Shown here: piece after piece, positions 23,044 through 37,491 of the stretch | Layout of the letters: the number at the start of each line of letters is the position of its first letter | Position numbering within the stretch: the stretch's first letter is position 1 | Assembly (NCBI GenBank): GCA_907165135.1 | Contig: OU015569.1 | Location: 2,170,001-2,234,000 of the forward strand | Source: Oikopleura dioica | Taxonomy: Eukaryota > Animalia > Chordata | Length of the DNA: 64,000 nt | Direction: 5' to 3' | The notes under the pieces: generated by a model | Database searches by the model: none | The model's input: the letters and a program-made list of their open reading frames with translations, nothing else | What the model was told of the DNA's origin: nothing | Translations under genes and position numbers: made by a program

Positions 23044-23822
23044 TCAACTCCAAATGATTTTTTGGATCTGGTCGTTGGTGAATACTTCTCGGCAAACTGG
23101 ACAGTGCTTCGGATCGACTTGTTCCAAACAGCTAGCGCAGAAGACATGTCGGCAACGGAGAACGCTCATTGCGCGATCCCCATCGTTGAATCGCTCCAAG
23201 CATATCTTGCACTTCATCCGGGCGTCGATCGTTTCATCGTCCACTGAACGAAGTAAATAAGGCTCTAGCACATCATCTACTCACGTTCTTGATGTCCGAT
23301 GCCCAAAAGCTTCTTCTCTGCCTTGATAACTCCTTCGTACTTGACTTTCTTCTTTCTCGCGACTGCGATTGCCTCTTCATATTCTCTCTTAGCGCCGGTC
23401 TTGAGCTTAGCAAACTCATCTTTTAACAAAGTTTTTACTTGATTTTCGTGTTGAAATCATTTGATTGTGGAACTGTATTTAACTTCGATCCTAGAGCCGG
23501 CTTTTTGACGGCATCTTCGCAGCAGCTGTTCGTCCAGAAAAGATCGAAGTCCAATGAAGCGCAAGAAAAGGCTTCAATCACATGCATAAAAACGTAGCAA
23601 AATTTAATAATGGAGGAAATTGAAAAAAAGCATGCAGATGATTGAATCCTTTTGGCCGCATTTCTTCGCCGGGCAGCAAAAGACGTCTTCTTCTCCTTCA
23701 AATGCCTTGAAAGGACAGTTCTTGTAGGTTTTCTTGTAGCACCGGTCGCAGAGATACGCAACGGGGACATTTCGTATTGAACCCCATTCATCGGTGACCC
23801 TGTGATCGGCCACTTTCATCAA
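23044..23822 (-). CDS. RING (C3HC4) finger protein with N-terminal Cys clusters and a coiled coil
   Basis: C-terminal CKICLERF...CRHVFCASC...CPVCR, N-terminal CDRC...CCPAKKC, and a canonical intron near 23260-23295. Confidence 0.85.
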
Positions 23823-24939
23823 GGATCGCGGGCAACTTCATTATTTTTCAAATAAAATAAAATCAAAATTTATTACCGGTTACAATCGCTACAGTAGCGA
23901 TGAGCATAAGCTGGGCGAAGAAAGTCCTTTGAAATAAAGTTTCTCATCTTGTTGATTTAAAAAACGTTCGATTTGAAAAGTCTCGATATTTGTTGGATTT
24001 ATGGGTGAGAGTGGCTATTTATTAATTTCTTTCGAAACGAATGTCTCACGGCCAACCGGTGAATACAACAACACAAAAATAAGTTACGTAAGTCTTTCCG
24101 TCTAAATTTTGCCTTCATCATTTTTGCATAAAACTAACAAAAAGAAGGGTTTTAGAGGATCAAATGCGTCACACGTTGTTCAAGTGACAGTAATCGCACT
24201 ACAGTAGAATTCTTTTTACGATAGAACTTGTAGATATGAGTTGTTTATTCAGAAAAGGGCATTCTTCAACAAGACCTTACAGAATGAAAAAAATGTAGCG
24301 AATTCAGCTCACGTTTTACCAGTCATCGTTGTGTATAAGTCAACGATCAGTATAATCCTGAAGAACATGTGGAACTTTCGAAAAAAGGAACTTTGAGTTT
24401 ATCTTAATAAAAAAGAAACAAAAATGTTTAAGAAATAAATACATTTTATTAAAAAATAAAGAGATTGTACAGAGCAGAGGAAATTCTTGAAGTATTCAAT
24501 TTGGAGGTTCTTGGATTTGAAAGCTTATCGGCTCGACCGAATCGTCAAAAATGTTGTTTGAAAGGCCAATTACTAGTGCAGTTATCGTCAAGCCAACTAG
24601 TAAAACTGTGCCGGATTCATTGGGTATAGAATTTTTTGGCTTATAAATCGCATTTGAACCCAAAACTAGAACACAACTGAGAATCAGCGTGATACACTTT
24701 CGCCGCACTAGAATTTCGGGCTCACCAGGCACGCTTAAAAGTAATTAGGCCTATCGCAAAGTATTCTATTTACCCAACGTGTTTCCAAATGAATCTTGGT
24801 GCAACACACCAAGTAGATCCAAGTCCTCTTAGCACTGACTTTTCAGAATTCTAAGACAGGTTTTTAAAACAGGCTGTTTCCAAGATTTCAAACCTTCAAT
24901 CGAGCTGCTAAAAGCGATGGAACAGGGCCATCGCCATTG

Positions 24940-27900
24940 TGAATCGTTGAAATGTCGTTTGAATCAATCGAGAGTGGCCGCTGTCGTCTCTATGTTGATC
25001 GTTTCCAGTTTTTTTTTATTTTCAAGCAATTATATTTTAAACCTTTTTAGGAGCACCAGGTGCGTCATCAGATGTCAGGTCCATCTTGAGTCGCGTTGCT
25101 TGTCTTTCTTCCAAGATTTTACTATCAAATATTTAAGCCGAAGAAGGATGAGATATTACTTTAAAACTGAAATCTGATGCTGCAGTTTCTGAATCGTTTC
25201 TGACATCTCCTCTTTCTGGCGCGAACTGTGCAGTTTAATGCTCTCTTGCAGTCTAAATGCTTTGTTGATTTCTCCTCCTTGATTTCAAGAAGGCGCAAAC
25301 CTATCCTCCATTTGCTGTTTCAATTCGGACACCTTCTCTTGCAGCCTGGCATGGTCGCGGAGTTGTTGTTGGTGGAAAGCGGTCTTCAATGAAAAATTAT
25401 CAAAAGAGACAATATTTATGTGTACCTTGAAAAATTGCAATTCTTTGTTCAGCTCAACCTTTCTTGGCCGCTTTGAAAAATACTCTCTTTCTATGAAATA
25501 TTTTACGACGCCTTTAAATATCTTCGATACTCAACCTTGACCTCCGGAAGACGGATGCTCATGATGATAAGTCTCCACTAGGTCACCTGGCAAGTGGGGA
25601 GTAGACTCCCAGGAGTTGTACAGTCTCTCTTCTCCAGGAGTATCTCCTTCGGGATAAACCTTTTGATAGAAACTGGCATGTGGTGGCGCCGGTTTCGGCA
25701 CATTCTTCGGGTTTTTGCAGTTCCAAGTTCTAATTAATCCCATAAAAGCGATCTTCAACTCAGTTGTACTACCTTGTCAAATGCCTCTCATTTCTCTCCA
25801 TCCAATTTACTTCGTGAGTCTTTCCAGAGTTCGTCTCATATCTCCAAAATGGCTTTCCAACACTTGGTACTTATAGCATTGGCAAAATTTTCAAAAGAAG
25901 CCTTTCCTGTATGTTCCTTTGCTCTCGTCAATCTTCGAAAGGTTCGAATTGCCCCATTTGAATCTCAGCCCCATAATGAAAAAAAAAGAAAAGAAATACT
26001 TTGAAAGTGAGGATAATCTTTTTGGTCAACTCAGGCAGCTTCGAACCTTACTCGTGTTCTGAAGTGCGTCCTTCCTCTGTCCGCTCCGCCAACTTAAACA
26101 CTTTCAAGCTACTTTTTAAGATAAATGACTTTCGATGCAACCATTCTCAAGCTTGCTTTCAAATTCTGTTTTCAGTTGTTACCTTGGACTCATTTCGCTT
26201 CAGATCGTCGAAAGTATCATCTCTTGGCGGATGCGAAAGACCAGGCGGGATGTAATGCTCAGTACTTTCCAGAGTAAAAAAAATGTTGCCATTTGGCATG
26301 ATGTTTTTGGCGAATATTTTCAACTCATTATTCCTGTCTCGAACTAACTGGGAGAGATTGAGCGTTTCGAATGAGCTCTTTGAAAGCTGGCTTTCGTGAT
26401 GTTGATTTTCTTGGCTTCTATTCGAGTTAATCTCGTGATGCGACGCTTCTTCGTCCATTCTTCCGCAAAACTCTTGCTGAAAAAAACTCCAGAAAAAAAG
26501 AACTGGTTGATCTTATCTAGCAAGTTTTTCTTCACAACAAGTTTACTACTCAGTAACTCTATAATGTATCTCAAAAAGGCAACGCACCAAATTTGCCACT
26601 CAGCGCTGCTCAAGTAGCAAACGGACAAAGAGAACGAGCCGCTCTTTGAGCAAGGAACATTTTAACAGAATTTATCCCTCTAAGTAAACAGATAAAGACT
26701 TCTTAAGACGTCCCCTTCAATGCTTTCCCTGTCCGATTTCCAATGACTATGTCCTGCTTGATTCGATTCAAAGAGAAGGTGTAAAAAGAGATTTATTAAC
26801 CGTTTTTTATGAAAAGATTTACGAAAATATAAGGCTCTCAAGCTCGCTATCCGCATCGTCAATCTTTTAATGGTCGGAATAAGATTTCGAAACGTTCAAA
26901 AGATCAAAAATAGTGACCGTTTCCTGCATCCCGTCTATAATTATGTCCAATGCTTCTGTCAGTCGCTGCGCATCTCGATCCTTTGAAAAGTCTATATTCG
27001 CTTGCTGGTCTTTCATACTCTTCAAATTTTCAGTTTTTAAGTCTGATAAAAAGTGCGAATACCTGAACTTCTTCGTCCAATCTCTTTATGTTGTTTTGTA
27101 AAAAATCAAAAGTAGTCTTCAAGGGATTGCCAGATGCTTATGTCTTTTAAAATTAACGTTTCAATGGCAATGGAACCCTCCTTTAAAAGTTGTACGCTTC
27201 TTCCTTGATCCTCGTTGCTCGGATCATCCGCCTGAAAGATGTGATACAGCCTGTGATAGTTATAAAGTGTACTAATTACCTGCATCTGTGGAACTCGATA
27301 TCGCTCCGTCGACAGATCGGAGAGTTGATTCTTCAGCGTGTGAATTTCGCTCTCAAGAATATTGCACTCTGTTCTGATCTTCGCCAAAGTGCTTCGCATG
27401 ATCAAATTTGTTTCTTTTATGTCTCGAAGTTCAGCTTCCATCTGAGATCTTTTTCTCTGGTTAGAAAGTGTCTCTCTTTCAAGTGACGATATTTTCTCTA
27501 ACCAAGACTAGTAAAGCTCCTTCGCTCTCTGGATCGTTTGGACACGGCCAGTGGGAATATAAAGCTTGCTATTTTCATACTTCTTTATTATTTACTCTCT
27601 GTTATATGCTCAGACGTATTGCTGGCGTTTGATTTGACAACTTCCTGGCTGAACTATCTCGTCTCAGCAGCCTTAACCGTAAAAATAATTGCCAAACTTT
27701 CATAAATATCAGATAATGGGAAGCCTACATTGCCACCACTAGAGGCCATTAATTTGACGACCGCTGCTTCGTTTAGCTTATAAAAGCTTAAATTGAAAGT
27801 GACCTTTGCACACCTTTGGTCCCTTTTCGCTTTACCAGTATCGTTAAAAATAATTGAGCGATTAATAAATTTCTTGTCAAAGCCGAAACATCAAACGCTC

Positions 27901-28400
27901 TTTACGAAAACGAAACAATGCCACTTGTAATTAGTGAATTCCTAAGAGGTTAACTTTATTGCCGCGGAAATTTTAAAATAAAATTTCACTTTAATGATGT
28001 TTTACGAGGTTTCCTTTGAACGTCGAGTCAGCGACTTCTGTGGCGGTAAATATTTATTGGAGGAAAACAATATCTGCGTTCGTAGACAACAGATGGAGAT
28101 ACGGTGTCCTTGACACAGAAGGTCAGTTCTCAATGCTTTCGAACTCACGTCAAAAATTCTGATGCAGAAGTTTGAGTCAAAGTCCAAAAGATTTCATCAG
28201 AGGACAATAATTTGACTTTGACTGATTGGGAAAAGCAGTAAACTGTCCTTAGCCTCAAAGGCTTAGACAGCTCATAGGATCGAATTCCTACTATTTTGAT
28301 GGTCCTGATTAAGGATTCCTGTCTTAGCACTATTTCGATGTTTTGCTTGATCATGCGCCGGAAATAGTCTTTCAAAAAATGGAAGAGCGACCAAAAGAAG
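24940..28400 (-). CDS. One or more multi-exon coiled-coil protein genes, unassigned
   Basis: Many short, charged, heptad-like exons (e.g. 27106-27441, 26344-26628, 25531-25758) separated by GT-AG introns. The boundaries are not resolved. Confidence 0.4.
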
Positions 28401-28766
28401 TCCCAATTTTGAACCCTGTTCAGTAAAGAGCTTTCAATTACTGAGAGAAAAATTTATCCTCCGAAACTTTGAAAGCTTTTGCCAGACCTCGCAACCCGGT
28501 AGATTTTTAGTTGATAGGAGTGAAGTTAGAATTCAGAGAGCTTCAGGTAAAATGCCCACCTAAAATCTCTTTCTTTATTTCTAAGGATATTATGACACAT
28601 TTGATGCAGTACAGAAAAAATCAAACGAAGTAGCATTTGGCCACTGTGGTTGCTGCCTTTGAAGATGAACAAATTATTTGATAAAAACTGTATTAAAATC
28701 ATTTAAACGAGCACAGGTGAATTAAAGGTCTAATCGTGTGTAGATCCGAAAGAAGTACTGGTAGAT

Positions 28767-30638
28767 TTAATGCCTTGGTATACAAAGAATTCGATTCTCT
28801 GCCGGCATCAAGAAGTGATGATTCCATTCTTTGTGGGCTCCGTGGCTCCACAATGTATGCCAGCCTTTTTCCGTGAATGTTGTGTCGATCGGAGCATCAG
28901 GACTTACTTCGAATCGGAACTCTCTGAAAACAATCAGTTATTTCTACCACAAAAGAGTTGACATTACTTGATAAGATTTTTCATAAAATGGAACACCTCC
29001 AAGTTGGCTAAGATTTGACCGGGGCAAGATCGTTTGCCAATGAAAAAGGGCATCAAGTTTTCGTTCTTTTTGAACTCGCCATTTTCGTCGAGAAATCTTT
29101 CTGGCTTGAATTTGTAAGGATCCTACGATTTTAGGTACAAAAATAAACGAACAATCATGTCATACCGGAAAGTAACGCTCAGAGAAGCAGACACCCGTGT
29201 GACTGTAAGCCAGAAAATCATCTTTTGAGAATTTGTAATCTGAAAGAAAAGTTAGAAAAGATGAAAAATAGAGTAAAAACCTTCAATAGTCATATCCTCA
29301 GTAACAACATGGAACAAGCTACGCCAGACCATCGGGCACATTCTGTAGCTCTCGTACATGACCGCCATCAAGTAATGACAGTCAGTGAAGGAATCTGCAC
29401 GGAAGTCTTGAGCAGCGAGCAAGTCGTAAAGCTTTTGTTGCACGGGCGGATTCATGGCCAGTTGCCGCATGCAGCTAGCAGTCGACGTAGCGGTAGTATC
29501 AGCTCCTGCAAGAATCATCGCCTAAATAGCATATTTACGATCGCCTGTTAAACCATTTTTTAAATTGCAAATCATCAAAAAAGATTGGTTTAATAAATAA
29601 CCTGAAGCGTGTGAACAATGTCCCAATATGTACACAGGCCTTTTTGCCTGTCCGTCTCCAGTGGAGCAATAAGTGAAGAGCTATCGTCGCCAACTTGCCA
29701 GTTTTTATTGTGCGTCTCGATCAGCTCGATGATTTCGGTTGTAAATCCCTGTTGTACTTTAGTTAGAAAACGAGAATTCTAGATAGTTTCACCTGAAGCT
29801 CGCCTGTCCATTTGGGCCATAAAGAGATGGGGATAAGATTTCTGACCCATCTAGGGAGGAGAACAAGGAAGAGTTTGTGGCCATCCAGCCGTGTTAGAGT
29901 ATGAAGAGCTTTGCATGAATACTAGAAGAGTATTTTTACCGATTTTCAATCATTAAATCAAGTGCTTACGTTAATCATCGTTCTGATCCAAGACTCTTGG
30001 GTGGAGCAATCGATGTTGAACGAGACACCAAGGAGGACGGACATGGCAGCTGGCATCGTAACGTTATCAAATGGATAAAAAGGAACGGCGCCATTTTTTC
30101 CCTCTTCCTTAATTCGACGAACCATTCCTGGGATTTCGCGCTCAATGGCTTCCATCCAAACTGGCTCAAGCGACTTTTTGGCGAGAACTTCCATCACTCT
30201 CTTTCTGCAGAGCTTTCCGATTTTCGACCCTTCAGGATCAGAGCGTTTAAAATCTCGAAGCATTCCAGTTTCATCTGCATTACAGGTCTCCCATTTGATA
30301 TGTTTCTTCGTGCGATATCGGTACTCGGAGTTCAAGTCGAACCAGCCCTTCATGTCCAAGTGGCCGTATGCGGAATCGTTTTTGAGAAAAACTTCTCGCG
30401 CAGTTTTCGGGTCATTGATCCAGTGAATGTCGATTTTGACGAGGCCGAGCCAGTTGAGCATTGGATAGGCGTGCATTTTGACGTTATTCTTGATATTTTC
30501 CCTCATAGATAATATAGCATGATACGGACCCTCGCCTTGTGGTGGGTCCCAGTAGGGCATGTGAGCATTTTTTCTACCAGTAAGGTAGAATTTTAAAACC
30601 GCAAGGGCTGCTGTACACGCAGCTAGTTCCACGATCAT
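28767..30638 (-). CDS. Cytochrome P450, probably CYP2 clan; 7 exons
   Basis: N-terminal anchor and PPQG hinge, I-helix AGADTT, K-helix ESYR, and heme motif FFIGKRSCPG. All introns are GT-AG. Confidence 0.95.
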
Positions 30639-31539
30639 CGGAGCTCTCTTATTTGGGAAAAAGAACATTCTGTTCGTTTTTGTCCTGCTTTCTGTTTGCT
30701 AACCTTGAGCCGGGAAAAATTTCGCGTCACTTTTTCAAGGACGAAAGTTCACGACAGCAGAAGTCCAATTTGTCGAGACATTGAGTTGCAAGGTCTTTTG
30801 AACGGTCAACTTAGATCAAGTAAGCTTATTGGGCATCCTGGCGACCTTGTCCTTCGCCAAATAGAGAATGACCTCGACAAGCACAAATTGAATAACCTCG
30901 ACAGTGTCAGGGCTAGTTGACAACTAGTAGTTGTAACTAGTTAAAAACGTAATTGTGCTAGTACTTACTTCTCAGGTAAATAAATCGACTAAATCAGGAG
31001 GAGGGCTTGATTGAGTCTATAATGTGAATTGCTCTCTTGAGTATTGAAAATAATCGGATAACTATTAAAATCTGATGATAAAATCTAATCGATCTTGAAT
31101 CAAGCTCTTGGATAAAAAAAAATTTCACTCGCCCCAAAGCATGTTTAAGTAGTTAAAAAACGCTCGTAAAATTACCCAATCTACAGTTATTTTCATCCTC
31201 AAGTCAAACCATCTCGCTGGCGATTCCTCTACAAAATGTGCTTCTACAAATTTCAGTTTATATTCTTCAAGGGTGTGAAAGCAATTTATCTTGCATGTAA
31301 CATGCACGGTGCTTTAATCACTGGAGTTTACCATATTTACCCTGTAAGATGTTCCCGAATGTAGGCTACACGATGCCTGAATATTTCTGGGGAGCAAAAC
31401 AATACTCGTCCAGAGAATACTGTGTAGAATAAAACTCTTTTATTGGCAGTGTGATAAAGGAAAGAAATTGAAAATAGAACAATATCTCATAAATGATGAG
31501 GGTATAATTCGATTCTTGAAGTTTCGCCTAAGTTGATCA

Positions 31540-34500
31540 TCATTTCGGGCCTCCTCTTGCGGCGGAGTTTTGAATGACATCCTAGATTTAAGATTTAGTT
31601 CTATCGCCTCTGTATAAATAAATTACCTGTGAATTATACATTTCGAAAATTTGGTCTGCTGAAGTGGCCATTTCAGGAGACTTATCGTCTCTTTCTCGAA
31701 TGAACCGAGGGAAACGCAGGGAGATTCCCTAAATTTTAGCTTGAGGATGAAAATATGACTTCGAACGTTACCTTTGAAGGATCAGCAAGACCAGTAGCAG
31801 CAGTGTGCACTGGAGAAATTGAGAGATCTGCGCACTTGATCTCCCAAACCATTTCTGGCTCGAAGTAGACGTCTGCAGTGACACCACCGAGGCGATAGTA
31901 AGATTTCTTCTCGCTCTTTATCTTCTCTAGCCGCTCGGTAAACTAAAAATGGATAGGTTTAATGATATGTAGAAAGAAGTGCAAAGCGCACCAGCTTGAG
32001 ATTCTCGTCGGTCAATCCCGTGCCAAGCTTGCACACAGTCTGGTACTCCTCGTTGTCTGCATCGTAAACTCCAAGGAGAAAACCGCCATAATTGCCGCTG
32101 CGCTTTCCTTTTCCGTAATAGGCGCCCATCACAAGCACATCAACTGAGTCGGCAACGCCACTGCCAAGATAGTCCTTCTTCAATTTGAGCCAGCTATTTT
32201 AAAACTCATAATCTGATTCTATTGACATTTTTACCTGTGTGAGCGTTTTGAAATCTCGTACGAGTCTTCAAGGGCTTTGACCATCAGACCTAGGACATGT
32301 CCATAAGAATAAATCATTGATAATATTTTACCTTCAGTGGAGTCTTTCACGGCTTGATCCAAAAAGACCTGTAGCTCGTCGATCTCGCACATGTCCTTTG
32401 CGGTGGCAAAGACGAACTCCCCTTCAATGCTCTTGAAATGCTTGTGGAGCAGTTCCCTTCGTTCACGGAGCGACTTCTTCACCAGAGACTCGCCGTTGAG
32501 GTAGAGTAAATCGAAGGCGTGAATACACACTTGCACCTTGATGTCTTTCGCATCAACATCCTTTCGCTTACGAGTAGTGAGCACTTGAAAGGGGAGAATC
32601 TGTTTGGTCTCGGGGTCCCACGCGACGCTCTCCGAGTCGATAACAGCCGATGTTACATCTTGCAAGCAGTTGGGCATTCTCGTCATGACGTCTAAAAAAC
32701 ACAGTGAATCTCAATCATATAGAGAGTCTCATTACCTGGATATTTGGACGTGTTGTCTTCTTGGTTTCTGGAGTAGACTCGGAAAGAGCCATCTTCCAAC
32801 AAGTGGATTTGCGCTCGTTCTCCGTCATATTTGTATTCGGCAGTGAACTCGGCTCCAGCGCCAAAGCGAGTCAGAATTTCGGTGATTGCTTTCGTCGGAT
32901 GAGCCAACATTGGTTTTAGTGGCACTCCAGGTTGAAGAGAAACGTGGTCGGCGAGGTTATCCGACCCGTGCTCGAGCAAAGCGTCGACAATGATTTTGTA
33001 ATTTGGAAGCTCGCTAAGGATAACTTATTTACTTGAAAACGTAAATATCTTACCAGTAGGCTTCTTTTACGATCGCATCAACTCGATCGTAGCGTTCCTT
33101 GGAGAACTTGGAGTTTTTCGTCTCTCCAAGCTCGTGGAAGACGATTGCCCTGGCCAAAGCAGATAAGACTGTAGCTTCAGAGACACCGATACGAAGTTTT
33201 CCTGCGCAAGAGCGGATCAAGAATCTCGCCTCTGAACCAACGCAAGCAACGAGCAAGCCCTTGATAAGGTCGACTTTTGTGTTCATAGAACTCTGCCCAG
33301 AAACTTTCGCGATCTTTTGCAACTGACCGTAGACTTTTTGCATCTTGAGAGGGGGTGGCTTGAACATCAGTTTCTGAGACCCCTAAACTTTGTTATTTTT
33401 TCTTTAATCATATTATGATTGAACCTTTGAATTCTCAGCAACTTCACCAAGATCACCAAGGGATTGCATATCCGCCTTGATTTTCTGATTCGGGCGGCCT
33501 GTTGCTTGGGAAATCGCCTTGATGAGGACCATATCACCGATTCCTAGCTCGACGCCTTCGTAAGTAGCAGCAAGCAGATTAAGTGATAGATGGAGGGCAG
33601 TGACGACATCTTCGGCTGTGTTAAGTGCGATTACAGAGCGATAGAAATTTGCCAAGTACTCGGTCTTGTTCAGTCGCCCAGAGGTCTCTTCGCAGCATTT
33701 TAAAGTCTTCGAAATTTATTATTTTGCTACGAAGAGAATTGTCATTTACCTGGCATAAAGCTGCGTAAGGGACAGGTTGGCCTTCCTTCCAGCAGGCATT
33801 TTTGATAGCATGGTAATTTGACAAGGTGGGATTGTAGTCGCCTTCCTTCACTTCTGGCACTTTGGCTGGTGATTTTTTTGGAGAGGAGGAGGAGGGCGAA
33901 GTGTCGCGAGCTTTAGACGGTGATTTTGGTTCTTTCTTTACCTTTGATTCCTTCTTCGGGGAGACTTTTGCCTCTTTTTTCGCCTTTTTGGGAGAAGCTT
34001 TGGGCTCCTTTTTCACTTCCTTTTTTGTGGAATTCTGCTTCTTTGAGAAGAAGTCCGATGCCATCTTTGGAATGCCCATGGTCTCACTGGACTTGTCTTT
34101 TCCCAAGGAACTAGGCCCAGGCTTATCATTATTGTCCTCTACTGGACTGGCGGAAAACGGCTCAGTGTCTCCGTATTCTCGCTGAGGAAGATTGGATCCT
34201 TCATCTGAAGAGCCAGAATTCGGTCCGGTAACTTTCCGTGAGTTTTTCGAAGATTTTTCGTCGCGCAATTCTTTTTTGCTCTTTTTCACATGAATTCTTT
34301 TCTCGTCGTTGAACAAATCTTTCTGAAGCCAAGCAGCCTCATCACCGAGATCGTCGTCGTCGTTAGAATCGTACTCCAGATTATCAGATGAAGAATGAAC
34401 TGATCCTTCGTACTCTCCATCGTCCTCGTCTTCGGAATCCGAGTCATCAATAGCACGACGATTGAAGTTTGGCCGATGCAGTTCATCCTCACTTTCGCTG

Positions 34501-34900
34501 TCACTGACCACAAACCCCTTCATTTCATTTCGGATTTTAGATTTTTTCTTCTTCTTTTTCTCCGTTTCTTTATCTTTCTTGAGTTTTTTCTTCGGGGGCT
34601 TCTGCTCTTCCTTCTCCACAACTGAAACAGTTTATTAAATCGACAACTACGTTCACTCATTATCTACCTGGCGCATTGTCTTCCTCTTCCGTGCTTTCTA
34701 GGCCCTTGTTGCGGCTTCTTTTTCTTCTAATATCATCGTCATCTTCTGAATCAATGAGGATCTTCTTCGTCTTTTTGACGAGGTCTTTTTCGTTCTCTTT
34801 GTTACTCAAACCAAGCGGTTTCTTAGTTTGAGCTGCTTCTGATGTCTTGGCACTATTTTTCGGCTTTCAAAGTGGTTCGGTCAGATTTTTTCACGATAAG
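31540..34900 (-). CDS. LIG1: DNA ligase I with a long low-complexity N-terminus; start codon not resolved
   Basis: [21 protein letters not shown], adenylation motif [36 protein letters not shown] and SLRFPRF. Confidence 0.97.
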
Positions 34901-35749
34901 GAATTTTAGTTTTCGTTCCCTGCTGAGACGCGTGTTTGTGGCGCCCTCTTTAGCGCAAGAAACGATACATAAACGGGAAAATAAAGTAAGGGGTCGATTA
35001 TATAATGAAACACTTAACGTTTTAAGGTAATGGAACCAGCACCCAGTTAATTAGAAGTTTGAAACACGTTATTACTAAGAAGATGTAAGGATCTTCGAGG
35101 CACATTATTCTGTATTGCTTATTTCAATAAAAAACTGACAATTAAACCCTTTCCTTGAAGAAGGAGCTAATAGAAGTCTGTTGTTTCGACATTCTGCTAG
35201 CACAAGTCGCCGAAGACGTCAGAAAGCGCAAACGGCAAAAGCTTCTGGAAAGCGTGACGCCAACTTAAATTCATACAGTTAAAAGCCATTATAGAAAGTT
35301 GAAATATTGAAGCATAAATACAAAAAGTTGCAGACTCGCTGTTTGCAGCACAGTTTTGAACGAAGGAAGCAGTGAGGTTGAATATTTTTGGATTTTTTGT
35401 TCTTTTGGGCAGAGAATATAATTGAAAGAAATAATTTATTCTATCTAGGCTGATTGAAGCCGCCGAACTTTTCGTTGTGTTTTTGCTGAAATTTATCATT
35501 TTAGAATAGTCATTAGCAAGGCAGAGTTCAAAATCCGGTTGATGAAGGGTCTTTTGACGGATTTGGATCTCTGCAGAAGAAAAATGGGAAAATACCTCGA
35601 AATAAAGAAAAAGAACGATTCAATAATATATATTGAATAATATAAGAGAACCTAGAAAAAAACTCTTATATTATCTAATATATATCATTAGGGTCTTAAG
35701 TGCCGCGTGTGCTAGTAAAATTGTTAGTTTTATAAGGATGAAAGCCTCA

Positions 35750-37220
35750 TCATTGAGAGGTTCTGAAAGGGGATTGTTCGTACCTGGCGCACTTTGTCAT
35801 TTTGTTTCATTTCTTCATAAATACAAATTGGTAGTTCGCGATAAATTAGACTACTAATTGTGGGGCTCGGATGAGCGACGCCTGTATTTCTTCCGTCCAT
35901 GAAGTCCTGCAGTTTGATTTCGCGATGTTTTAAACACTTCCACCTTGGGCCTTCAGCCGTAGGACTATCGTTCTTATTTTAATATAAATTCCCATTCAAT
36001 TTGATTGAATTTCACCTGCTTCCATAATTTAACAATTCCACCAGAGTTCCCAGAGACGAGAAAATTGCCAGTGGAATCAAAACTCAGATCCCAAACCCAT
36101 TTCGTTTCGTCTCCTGCGACCAAATTGTCAAGGAGCCTTGGAACATGTGCTGATTCCATTTCAAAGAGTGAGATTATTCCTGAACTTTGGGAAACGGCGA
36201 ATCTCTGCGCATCGTGACACCAGCACACTCGCAATCCATAGACCTTCTCAACAGTTGTCGGCGCTAGAATACAGCTAATTTCAGCTGGCATAAGAATCAA
36301 TACCTTTGTACGGCCATCCAGGCTCAGTAAGCTCGATTAATTCCACAGTAGACGTGACTACATCATTATCAGTACTTTCATTGACGATTTTAATGCTGAA
36401 GAAGTAAATCAGGCCGTCCCAGTCAGTCGCCACAAGAAACTCTCCACACGGGTCGCAGGCGATGCTTTGTATCGGCCTCGTTCTTTCATTTCGATAAAGC
36501 AGTGTCAACCAGGATCTAGAAAATCGACAATAACAATTGGCCCTTGAATTAGAACTAACTCTTTGTCAGCTTTGGGAGACCAAAACCAAATTTGACCGTG
36601 TGTATCGGACACAAAGCATTCAATTCCGTTCCTGTAGACTGAGCAGCTGGTGGCAGCGTAATCGAGCGAGCCCATATTCTTGTCGCTTCGGGTGTGCCGT
36701 GGCGTGAGTTCGCAAGTCTCAACAGCAGCGATCTCGCGGCCAGTGTTGTGCATGAACTCTTGTTGCTGATCGGCTGAGAACTTTTGCTTTATCAAGCTGG
36801 TCATTACGAGGAAGACCTTAGCATCGTAGCTCGTTGCGAAGAGATGTTTGTGGTTGTCAGCTTCGTTCGAGAAGCGAACACAGGTGACATTCTGATTCGA
36901 TTTGTTCGAAGAGCGTTGGAGGGACAGATCGATGTGCAAGGACTGGGTGCCAAGGGTGTACGCTTAAAAGAAGGTCGCTAAATATTGTGGTTGCGTGTAG
37001 ACGCGCTTGCTCTCTTACCCGAAATCATTCCTCGTGCACCTGCCGTAACGATGAATGACCAAGGAATTCCCGCTCCATCGTGACCGACAAAAATGTCCAT
37101 GCTCGGCGCGTGGCCTGGTAGATCCTTGCAAGTCATGGATATCTGGTGCTGCTCCAGGTCGTACCAGAGACGAACTTTGGAGTCGTACGATGCCGTGAAT
37201 AGAATAGGAACAACAGTCAT
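35750..37220 (-). CDS. Divergent WD40 protein, mLST8/GbetaL-like; 3' end uncertain
   Basis: ILFTASYDSKVRLW at the N-terminus (mLST8 has ILATAGYDHTVRFW), plus NVTCVRF, CFVSDTHGQIWFW, IQSIACDP and KWVWDLSFDSTGNFLVSG. Confidence 0.65.
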
Positions 37221-37491
37221 TGCTCTAGTGATTTTTTCAGTATTGTTTTCGTTTATTTTCTTTTATTTGAAAGATTGCACAATAAAGTTTAATGAAAGTC
37301 AATGAAGAATCGTCACTTACGATGAACGGTTATATAGGTTGAAACTATATAGATAAGGAACATGTTCGATTATAGCCTTTTTAGGTACTCAAAGTGAAGA
37401 AATGGACGAGATTGTTTATAGTAGCAGATTTTGCATTTAGATAATGGAACAAATAGTTTGTAGTAACAAGTTTTCATTTACAAGAGTGGCT

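Noticed and set aside
24496-24732. 78-aa hydrophobic ORF as a standalone membrane microprotein
   Set aside because: It has a GTG start, no homology recognised, and may be an exon of the adjacent gene or noise.
34040-34085. PCNA-binding PIP box in the LIG1 N-terminus (KMASDFF)
   Set aside because: The spacing does not fit QxxLxxFF and the true N-terminus is unresolved.
33862-34185. Antisense ORFs over LIG1 (and similar ones over pol, P450, DAXX and PAXBP1)
   Set aside because: These are shadow ORFs opposite biased coding sequence, with no independent motifs.
36480-36560. GC-AG intron in the mLST8-like gene
   Set aside because: A 44-nt canonical GT-AG solution gives a better protein.
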